DNA of 64,000 nucleotides from Laetmonice hystrix (taxonomy: Eukaryota), in assembly GCA_965235115.1 (NCBI GenBank), contig OZ249436.1:18726001-18790000 (forward strand), read 5' to 3'. The position numbers and the translations under genes were made by a program. Positions 53,001 through 62,706 of the stretch are shown piece after piece. The notes below the pieces were generated by a model. It did no database searches and was not told the origin of the DNA. It saw only the letters and a program-made list of their open reading frames with translations. Positions within the stretch are counted from its first letter, which is position 1; each line of letters opens with the position of its first letter.

Positions 53001-53784
53001 TAGAAGTTCGGCAGAATACCAGTCCGAAATTATTATTATTTTATGAAATATTATCAGGCTATAGCCTACTTATCGCTGGATTCTAGAATCACACTGTGGT
53101 TCCTGGAGGACGGGCATTTTGACACCTTTTCTTTTCTTTTCTTTTTTCTTTCTTTTTGGGGGGAATTTTTTAAATATTACAAAAGTACCAAAGCCGTGCA
53201 CATGCATGGCTGAAAACTTTCACATATTTACTTTTATATGCATAAATGAGCATACATCGACCGAAAGGCACCGAAAGGCATCGAGAGGGTCGGGCCGCCA
53301 TATAGTGTGCACAATGAGAGGCGTGCGTACCTTCTCGAAGCGGCAACGATTATCCGGTGACATTGACGCCATCTAACGGGAATCCGCTACCCTAAATCAA
53401 AACGTGACTAGAGGGCTTTGGCACAGATTAGCTATGGTAATCTGTGGCTTTGTTTCAACTCGTCCCTGCTATGCTGATCCACTCTACGTCTAGGCATGGC
53501 TGATCGTATGCAGGGCCGGATTGGGGGGGGGGGGGTTGCACCCCCCTTAGAAATCCCCCCCCCCCCCAAAAAAAAAAGAAAAGAAAAACCTGTGTCAAAA
53601 TGCCCGTCCTCCAAAGAACCACTGTCCACAGTGTGATTCTAGAATCTAAAGCGATAAATTAGCCTATGTCATAGCATCTAAGGCTAGTCAGTCATGAAAT
53701 ATTTATCTTAGAGTTTAGACTATGGCTATGATAAATATTTCATAAAATAATAATATTTTCGGACTGGTATTTTGCGAACTTCTA
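53001..53784. mobile_element. MITE with long imperfect TIRs
   Basis: TAGAAGTTCG..CCAGTCCGAAA..TTCTAGAATCACACTGTGG..GGACGGGCATTTTGACAC is mirrored at 53592-53784. Confidence 0.75.
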
Positions 53785-54464
53785 GTGACGTATTGTAACC
53801 AATTAAGTGGGGTCGGACTTTGGTGGAAAAGGTGATGGTGGCGGACCCTCGTGGTCACAGTAGAATAACACAACACCGGGTTCTTCAGCAACTCAGTCTA
53901 TTAGACTTTAGACGGACAGCATGGTGCGGCGATCGTGGAGGTTGAGTGGTTTCTCGGCTCGGCCAGTTCTTCTATCAGCTCTGTCCCGTTCTGACTAGCC
54001 TGTCTACAGCTCCTAAATACCTCGGGCCCTCTCCCTGGGCGTTCCCTGTATTATCATGTTTGCATTCTTTCACGTAATTTAGCGTCTAGACTATGTCTGG
54101 AAAGGACCATTTTGTAAGGTAGGCCTATGACCGGTGTTTCACTTAACCTTAAGGCCCTATAGCTATGTTATAGGCCCTAATCATTACAAACTGTATGTTA
54201 TTTAGCCTATTAACCTCAACTATGCACGGGCGGCCGTAACCATGGCGACGCACCGCAACTATGATGTTTACGACAATACCGTGGGACCCTATTATCTGTG
54301 GAATGTCCCGATCTCTGTGGTCATTAATCAACAGGTTCTCCCCTCCGCCATCATCCACGTGGGTATGAATCATGTTAGGCCTAAAACTAAACTTAACCAT
54401 GACATCATGGTTCCTACTAGATCTACAGATGAGCCCCCAGCAGTTTCAAGAAAGTGGTTAATTA

Positions 54465-55040
54465 AAAAGGCCGCCGCCAGTATGTACAGGCCAGGCACAC
54501 AGGCCGTGATGTTCTAAGCAATTAAAAAAAAATTGAACACAATTGGTGCTCAAATAGTTAAGATGTAAGCACTATAGTGCCGGAGCCTGCTTTGAACCTA
54601 CTCCGCTGCTGGTAGCTGCCATAGCGTCTGCTCCTTGGGCTAATCTCACATTGCGCATGCTCCGACCACTGCTCTCCAGTTTGGGAGGAACGAAAAACTG
54701 ACACACCTGTTGCGTTGAGCGATTCGAAAGACCATCGATCACAGTGATGAGGAATGGCTAGGAATTAAGCCTACCGATGTCAGGGGATATATCAGGGTGG
54801 ACACGGATCTGGGCAAGCTCCAGCCGTGGGTTTCGGCCGCCTGAATTCAATTCGTCCCGCTCGGAGATGCGATGTTGACGGAGGTCCACTAGCTGCCACT
54901 GTGCCGGGGGCCGGGCCCTGACCGTGGCTTTGACCGCGGGCGGGTGCTGGCAGTGTCAGACTCCTGTGGTCAGTTCAGCACAGACCTGTTGCGTGTAGTT
55001 GTGACTGCGACTGTGAGACTGACCCCCATTGAGTTGCCGA
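54465..55040 (+). repeat. Dispersed repeat, copy 2, abutting the putative CatSper2 promoter
   Basis: colinear with 43840-44605. Confidence 0.8.
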
Positions 55041-55099
55041 ACCGCCTTGGCTGCCTTTACTTTAGTCTCGTCTAGCCTAGCCCCGGCATGCAAAGATTA

Positions 55100-55239
55100 G
55101 CCCCGGAACGTCACTTCCGGCCAGCCGAATAGCAACAAATGGCTGCGCCGCTGAAGCAGTGATTTTGACAGGGTTGTCATGTTCAACTTATGACTTCTTG
55201 GAATAGGGGGACATTTATTTCCAACCACTACTCTGAAAG
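55100..55239 (+). promoter_or_regulatory. Putative CatSper2 core promoter and non-coding first exon
   Basis: ETS motif CACTTCCGG at ~55112; RFX half-site TAGCAAC at 55130; YY1-like AAATGGC; AAG|GTGAGT donor at 55240 pairing with the acceptor at 55854-55856. Confidence 0.55.
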
Positions 55240-55857
55240 GTGAGTGTAGATCTATAGGCCTATAGGCTAGAGGCCTTGCAGCTGTCCAAATGTGATTTTT
55301 GACTGGACTTTTCCTTTATAAAGTTAACTAAGTTAGTTAGGATGAATTTTAACCAGAAATTAACCAATCAGGAAACAGAGAATTAACCCATTTTGGTTAA
55401 AGTCATAGTTAACCACGATTTAAACTAACTTAGTTAACTTATCAGTGTAGGTAGCTAACCACTTTCTTGAAACCAGGGCGTGTCCTAGCATCAGAGCCCC
55501 CTGGTGGGTTCCCTCTACTAAGCCCCCTAGCGGCAAAAAGGTTAGGTGTTACCCACTTCCTGCACTCGGACCTGCCTTTGACCCTCCTGGCGCCAGTCTT
55601 GTTGATAGTTAGTCCATCAACGGACCCACCAACGGCATAGCCTGGGTGCACAGCGAGTGGACTGTTTCCGGTCTAGTCTAGTTGATAGTCGGGTGACCGT
55701 CCGAGAGTGTTGACCCCGGCGCCCGCTTCCACTGCGGGCTCCAGTTTGAGGAAATAACTGGCGCCACCTGGTGAGTATGGCGCACTTCCTCTCTTGCCGT
55801 TGACGTGATCAAGGAACCTTGATATCTTGACATAGGCCTTGTCCTCATCACATCAGG

Positions 55858-56011
55858 ATGGCGCAAGCAGAAGGTGGCGACACTGATTTGATTTCCCATC
55901 GAGCCGAACTCTTTCGGTCGAAATTAATCGCAGATTTCCATTTGTTGGATACCATCAAGGAGACGGGAGGGACGACAGATGCTCCTAAATATGAAACGGA
56001 AGATCTGATTG
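55858..56011 (+). CDS. CATSPER2: CatSper2 coding exon 1
   Basis: catcag acceptor 1 nt before the ATG; G|GTAAGA donor. Confidence 0.9.
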
Positions 56012-59000
56012 GTAAGATAATATTTTTAGATAACCTGGAACAACTTACTTAGCCTAGGGCCTACAGTCACGTTTTACTAGATTGTTAATTTCTAGTAGAA
56101 GTTCAAGTCTACTAGACTCTAGACTGACTTAGGCTAAGCTACGCCTAGCTAAGGCTAAGCCTAGGCTAGGGCTAGGGCCAGGGCCGGATCTAAGCCAAGG
56201 GGGGGGGGACGTGGGCGTACGCCCCCTATTTTTGGCAGAGTAGTGATTTTTTTATCATTACTCTGCCCAGGGGGGTTCCCCCCGCCCCCCTAGGGCTTTG
56301 CGCCTTCGGCGCTCGCAATCTTCTCTAGGGGCTACGCCCCCCTTTCTAAGAAACCAGCTGGATCCAGCCAGGGCTATACTTGCTATACTGCCTAACGTTA
56401 CAGACAATTAATTATACAGATATGCTATGGCAGTATGGGACTGAAACGTCATCATGTTGCCCGTGTATTTTTTGCGTCTGGCTTGCACTGACCGGGCACA
56501 GCCTACACGGGGCACAGCCTGCACGGGGCACAGTCTGCACGGGGCACAGCCTACACGGGGCACAGCCTGCACGGGGCACAGCCTGCACGGGGCACAGTCT
56601 GCATCGGGCACAGCTTGCACTGGGCACAGCCTGCATCGGGCACAGCCTGCACCGGGCAACACCAATCCCGTCCCCATGCACTACCCAAACCGGGCACAGC
56701 TTGGACCGGCCGCAGCCTGCATGCCATGGGGCATAGCTTGGACCGGGCACAGCCTGCACTGGGCACAGTCTGCACCGGGTACAGCCTGCACGGGGCACAG
56801 CCTGCACGGGGCACAGTCTGCACCGGGCACAGCTTGCACCGGGCACGGTCGGGGCACAGCCTGCGCGGCCCCGGGGCGCTGCCTGCACCAGGCACAGCCT
56901 GCACCGGGCAACACCAATCCCGTTCACTGCCTGAACCGGGCACAGCTTGGACCGGCCGCAGCCTGCACGGGGCATAGCTTGGACCGGGCACAGCCTGCAC
57001 GGGACACAGCCTGCACTGGCTTAGCCTAGGCCTAGATCTAAACCTAGGTTAGCGGTAAAAAAAAAAAGGGGGGGGGGGAACCATATCCATATTATATCAA
57101 TATAATATTGTGTTGGGGGGGGGGGGGGGTCCCGAAGTTGTTCGTTCATATTGAAGAGGCTAGAATTAACTTCAAGTAGCCTTTACTTTAGTTTAGGGTT
57201 GAGGTATAATATAGGCCTACGCTACGGTAGTTTGTAACGAGTCCCAACACATTCATTAAATGCTAATAATAATGGCGTACCAGGTATAGAGGCTATGTGA
57301 AACAGGCCCCTGAACAGTGATCTCGACAGTTTGGCTCAGACGTTCGGGGTTCCCGGCCTGTACCTTTGCACTGAACGTTCTGCATGTACCGTACATCACT
57401 ACATGCGTGTGTTAGCCAGCACACCAGTCACCAGGCATGATACAAACCGTACTGGCGTAGCCTTAGCTAAGTAAGGTAGGTTATGGCAAAAACTAAAAAA
57501 GGTCCCCGCACCCTGCACCCAGTAAAATCCGAATCCTTTATTGATGGCCCTCTTTTTAAACGGTAAAAATAACCACGTATTCGACCCACACTATAGAGAG
57601 ATCGAAAGACCACGAAATACAAATAAGTTCTCAGAAACTGATATTGATCTAATTTGATTGCGTCCACGGACAGATCCTGCTCAGCAGCAGAAGATCCTGA
57701 AACAGCACCCCGACGCCCTGGTACGCTTCCAGATGTACACGAAGAAAGCTGGAGTCAGTCCTGGCGACCGCAGACAAAACAGAGTCCGCTACAAAAACTC
57801 CAAAAATCCCAGTCTCGATGTTTGGGCTCACTGGGTGGTGGAAAGTATCCTTTTTATTCACCATATTCATAAAGCAAACATTTACCAAAAGTTTTCAAAA
57901 CGCTAAAGAATTCATCCCTCTACTCGGCTCTCTAAAACTAGTATAGATTAGAAGTTGAACTCATGAGGAAAGAGAGCTTTAACTTCGAATTGTTATTTTT
58001 CAAGGCCCCCTGGAAGTTTTGTCCTTGACTGCTCTCCCAGGTGCTCCGTTCCAGAACTCTGTTTTGGCTCTGATTTTGCTCAACAGTGTCGTACTTGGTG
58101 TTCAGGGGGGTAAGACTGGTGTCAATAATAAATAACCTCGCAGAACTCAATAAATATATTAAAGTTCAAGTGATGATGTTATTGCAGGGTGACCACAGCA
58201 CAGGGAAAACACAGAGAATTTCTTAAAATCGCCAAAACACAGGGAAAACAGAGGAAAAGAATTAACAACCAATAAAACATTGTGATGGGGCAGCCGCAGG
58301 GGAAACACATAGAATTTGAAAATCAATTTGTGTGGTCGCCATGACCACCATGAGTATTAGTAAACGTTGTATGGATGAAGAGCAAATCCTGCATTATTTC
58401 TGTAGAAATATGGACAATCTAATTAAAATTAGATCTTGGTATTCCGCGTCTCTCTCGGCTGTGTCAGTGTTGCCGCGCTCCATAGCGCATGCGAAATAAC
58501 TAAGACCTAATTTTAATTAGATTGAAATGTGGATGACCCACTTACACAGGTACATATTAATTTCTCTTCCAGAGTTGAGTGGTATCATTGACGAACGGGT
58601 AGAGAAGATCAAGCTAGCCCTCGATATATTTGACTATTGCACCATGTTTGTGTACATGATGGAAATTTTCCTGAAGTGGATAGATGACTTCTGGGGTTTC
58701 TGGAAGAATCGATGGAATATATTTGACTTTTTCGTCACTTTTCTTGTAAGTTTTATTGCCCTCTCACTCTGACTGCAGTTTTCATGTTTTCTTTTTTTTT
58801 TACCTGGCTCTGCATAGAATTTCTTAATGATTTTCACGAGATTAACTAATATTTCTCTCATTCAGTTTCTTATCCCAGAAATCATTAACTTTTCGACTGG
58901 GGAGTTTGGGAAACGCAATGCCAAGTCGGACCTAACGGTGATTGCCAACAACTTGCGGACATTTCGTATTCTCAGGTCACTGAAGATGGTGTCTAGGTTT

Positions 59001-62000
59001 CAGAAAGTCCGTCTCATTGTGCTCGCCGTCACGAAAGCTTTCCAGGTTAGGCCACAAATTGGGTGACATCTATTTATTATGCTTTAATAATATTTAACCT
59101 TTACCCGGGAATAAGGCATTTTTAGCGGTGACAGCGTGTTATAATTTGTTTAATTTTCACACGCCCAGGCCATGGTGTTTATCACCGTTCTACTCCTCGT
59201 GTTCGCCTATATTTTCGCAATCATTGGCGTCAGCTTCTTCAAGGACGGTTACGTGAACGCCCAGGTCACTGGTCTGGCCAAGTCTCTGAAATACGAGGAC
59301 AGTTTTACGTAAGTTCTTTAGGAGATACATCAAACCCTCTATACACGCACCTGTTTACTGGAAAGGGCGCGTTTATACGCCATTATTGTGTTCTTATAGC
59401 AAATGTTTCTGTGATACCATATACTGCGAATTTGGAATGAGCTATACCCTAACCACGGGTTTAGACGGCGGTTACATTATTACGATTCATTTCACATACA
59501 TTTCTTTTGTTAGTCCTACGTGCCCCACCTGTTCGCCCTCTGGCCCATGTCCGACCTGTCTGAGCTCTGACCAGTACCCCACGTGTTTGACCCGTGTCCA
59601 ACGTATTCAGGTCGATCGGGACGGCCCTGATCACATTATTCCAGCTGTTCACCCTGGACCATTGGCTGGCCGTGTACCGCGACATCACCTCCGTCACATC
59701 GCCCCTCTTTGGCGCCTTCTACGTCATCCTCTGGATCATCATCGGCTCCTTCATCTTCAGGAACATCTTCGCTGGCATTATGGGCAAGTCTCCATGACAA
59801 TACTAATACAAAACTCAACCCCCGTTATTATGCCAACCTTCGCGATACAATAACCATCCAGTTGCGTGGTCGGAAACGCAATGTCAAGTCGGACCTGACG
59901 GCGATTACCAACTTGCGGGCGTATAGTATTCTCGCTGTCTACCCAGGGATATTTTTATTGCCCCCCCCCCCCCCCCCCTTGACTTTTGACAACCCCAAAA
60001 GGTCCAGAATTTGGGAGGCATATGTCGGAAAGAAAGATCCACAATTTTGGATGTTTTGTGAACTGATTCATGGACCTCTGAGCCATGTGCCAGAGATAAA
60101 GGTTCATAAGATGGCAAGAATATTGGGATCTTTTGCCAAATATCTGGACCTCTGACCCAGTGGCTTACTAAAAAGGTCCACAATTTTGGATCTTTTGTGA
60201 AATATCTGGAGGTCTAGACCACCCCCTTCCCACCCCCGTAGAAAAAGGTCCAATTTATTTTAAAGAAAGGGTCCAAAATCTCAAATGTCACCCCTTGGAG
60301 ATTTGATAAAAAATATCCCTGCTACCCTATAGGCCTAGACTGACTGAGGAAGTTACTAAGCGTATTGGCCGCTGTCGGTACAACAGAGCATTTTGTCGTA
60401 CAAATTAGTATATGAATGTATGTACCAGTCCCAGCAGGGGTAAGAATGGCCGCGGATAAAAGTGATGGCGATCGATGATGATGTGTGGTCCCTGCCATGT
60501 TGTTTCAGTGAACAACTTCCAGAGTATTCGGAAGGACCTGTTCCAGGAGGTGAAGGAGATGAAGGAGCGTGAGCAACATGACGCCGACATGATGGAGCTG
60601 GCCGGCGAGATGGAGCGCCAACTCCAGAAGTACGCTTCCATCATATAGTCCGGGGGCCGCGACAGACCGTCAGACAGGCGACGGGAAGTCTTTCGCTTGG
60701 TTGTAGGGCCTGGTACTCATGGTCTGTCGCTGTTCGTGAACCCCCTCCCCCCCCCCCCCCCCCCCCCGAGTCTGGAGGTGGCTTTAGATGTCAAATAGTG
60801 TGTAGACTCTATCACCTGAATCTGAGCGTTTTACAAGCTAAAAGTGTTGGGTTTGGGTGCGAGGCATCACTTTTACGTAGTCAGACGAAAATAATCAGCC
60901 TGGATGATCGGGGATGGGGTGACATTAAAATAGTTTTATATAGAATGTTTACTTTAATAGAATTTTATTACTGAGATGTCATTTTAAAGCCCACACAACG
61001 TACTTTCAGATTATACTCATTATGGTATCAATCGTCAATATCTAGGTAACCAGAGGTCAAAAGGTGATCTGACCATGATATCGTTGATTATTGATAAAAT
61101 TCTTGCAGACAGACGAGCACTCATGCCATTCCAACCGGGCGGGCAGACCAAGAACCTCAGGCGGGACCCTCCCACACTGACAATCACATCCCACCGGGGT
61201 AAGTCAACCTCAGACGGGACCCTCCCACACTGACAGTCACAACACACGGGGTAAGTCAACCTCAGACGGGACCCTCGCACACTGACAGTCACAACACACG
61301 GGGGTAAGTCAACCTCAGGCGGGACCCTCCTACACTGACAGTCACAACACACCGGGGTAAGTCAACCTCAGGCGGGACCCTCCTACACTGACAGTCACAA
61401 CACACGGGGTAAGTCAACCTCAGGCGGGACCCTCCCACTCTGACAGTCACAACACACGGGGGTAAGTCAACCTCAGGCGGGACCCTCGCACACTACACAG
61501 TCACAACACACGGGGGTAAGTCAACCTCAGGCGGGACCCTCCCACACTGACAGTCACAACACACGGGGTAAGTCAACCTCAGGCGGGACCCTCCCACTCT
61601 GACAGTCACAACACACGGGGGTAAGTCAACCTCAGGCGGGACCCTCCCACACCGACAGTCACAACACACGGGGGTAAGTCAACCTCAGGCGGGACCCTCC
61701 CACTCTGACAGTCACAACACACGGGGGTAAGTCAACCTCAGGCGGGACCCTCCCACACTGACAATCACATCCCACCGGGGTAAGTCAACCTCAGGCGGGA
61801 CCCTCCCACACTGACAGTCACAACACAGCGGGGTAAGTCAACCTCAGGCGGGACCCTCCCACACTGACAATCACAGCCCACCGGGGTAAGTCAACCTCAG
61901 GCGGGACCCTCCCACACTGACAGTCACAACACACCGGGGTAAGTCAACCTCAGGCGGGACCCTCGCACACTACACAGTCACAACACAGCGGGGTAAGTCA

Positions 62001-62706
62001 ACCTCAGGCGGGACCCTCCCACACTGACAGTCACAACAAACGGGGTAAGTCAACCTCAGGCGGGACCCTCCCACACTGACAGTCACAACACAGCTGTGGC
62101 TTTCTCTCCTATATATTTTATTTCAGACCCACCCCGAACGATTCCAGACGAATGTTTGAAACCCAAGGCAGTCTGAGGGAAGCCATCAGTGATCACGTGA
62201 TCAGCTCGGAGAGGCAGAGTTTGGGTAAGGCTATAACTTCAGATTCGACACCCCGTAAGATTTTGAGGGTGTGATGGAGTTCTTTCTGGGAGACAAACTG
62301 CTGGGGGGGGGGGGGGGGAGGGGGGTGTGAAGATAGCAGAAAATCAAAAAGTTGAGGTTGGGGTACAATTATAATACTGTATCTACTAAATTACGGATAG
62401 GCTAACAACTGTCGTTTACATGGACTCCACCAGTTTCAATCACTTTACACGCCCACCACCGCACGGCGCTGCGATCAGTCACCGACTCTGACGTGACTGT
62501 CTATGTGTGTGTGTATCTCAGAGTGGCAGCGAGTTGTGGAGCGCCACCTATACAACCTGTCCAAGGAGGAGACAAGCTACTGTTGGCCCAAGGACACCCT
62601 CTTCAGGTACTTCCAGGTGATGGAGGCCCTGCAGGAGAACCTCACAGAACGCCAGGAGATCCTAACCCTGGCCAACGAAACGTTGATCCACCTTCACGAC
62701 ACGTAG
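55858..62706 (+). CDS. CATSPER2: Cation channel sperm-associated protein 2 (CatSper2), complete, 11 coding exons, 517 aa
   Basis: Exons 55858-56011, 57674-57844, 58041-58109, 58573-58745, 58866-59045, 59169-59308, 59611-59783, 60509-60629, 61109-61198, 62127-62224, 62522-62706 sum to 1554 nt in one frame. CatSper2 features: N-terminal RAELFRSKLIADFHLL and DPAQQQKIL..LVRF; S4 LRTFRILRSLKMVSRF; pore LFTLDHW; S6 IGSFIFRNIFAGIMVNNFQSIRK; C-terminal WPKDTLFRYFQVMEALQENLTERQ. Confidence 0.95.
56490..57017. repeat. 16-bp GC-rich minisatellite (GGGCACAGCCTGCACG) with a higher-order duplication
   Basis: directly visible; lies in a CatSper2 intron. Confidence 0.93.
57674..57844 (+). CDS. CATSPER2: CatSper2 coding exon 2
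   Basis: DPAQQQKIL...LDVWAHWVVE; ends at the U12-type donor GTATCCTTTT. Confidence 0.9.
57845..58040 (+). other. U12-type (minor spliceosome) GT-AG intron
   Basis: 5' GTATCCTTTT; branch site TCCTTGAC at 58022-58029, about 12 nt upstream of the 3' splice site. Confidence 0.9.
58041..58109 (+). CDS. CATSPER2: CatSper2 coding exon 3 (S1: SAPFQNSVLALILLNSVVLGVQG)
   Basis: follows U12 branch site TCCTTGAC and cccag; GTAAGA donor. Confidence 0.9.
58573..58745 (+). CDS. CATSPER2: CatSper2 coding exon 4 (S2-S3)
   Basis: EIFLKW...FWKNRWNIFDFFVT. Confidence 0.93.
58866..59045 (+). CDS. CATSPER2: CatSper2 coding exon 5 (S4 voltage sensor)
   Basis: LRTFRILRSLKMVSRFQKVR. Confidence 0.93.
59169..59308 (+). 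CDS. CATSPER2: CatSper2 coding exon 6 (S5)
   Basis: AMVFITVLLLVFAYIFAIIGVSFF. Confidence 0.92.
59611..59783 (+). CDS. CATSPER2: CatSper2 coding exon 7 (pore plus S6)
   Basis: LFQLFTLDHW; ends at the GC donor G|GCAAGT. Confidence 0.92.
60509..60629 (+). CDS. CATSPER2: CatSper2 coding exon 8 (VNNFQSIRKDLFQEVKEM...)
   Basis: tttcag acceptor; coiled coil after S6. Confidence 0.88.
61109..61198 (+). CDS. CATSPER2: CatSper2 coding exon 9 (low-complexity linker)
   Basis: ttgcag acceptor, GG|GTAAGT donor, phase 2-2. Confidence 0.7.
61153..62093 (+). repeat. ~53-bp minisatellite, about 17-18 copies, each containing GG|GTAAGTC
   Basis: unit AACCTCAGGCGGGACCCTCCCACACTGACAGTCACAACACACGGGGGTAAGTC. Confidence 0.96.
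62127..62224 (+). CDS. CATSPER2: CatSper2 coding exon 10
   Basis: tttcag acceptor, G|GTAAGG donor, phase 2-1. Confidence 0.8.
62522..62706 (+). CDS. CATSPER2: CatSper2 last coding exon
   Basis: WQRVVERHL...WPKDTLFRYF...LHDT*; AATAAA near 62958. Confidence 0.92.

Noticed and set aside
56380..57029. Overlapping Cys/Ala/Pro-rich ORFs on both strands
   Set aside because: They come from the stop-free 16-bp minisatellite inside a CatSper2 intron.
61153..62093. CRISPR array or run of tandem coding exons
   Set aside because: No unique spacers; the donor-to-CAG distance within a unit is only about 15 nt, too short for an intron.
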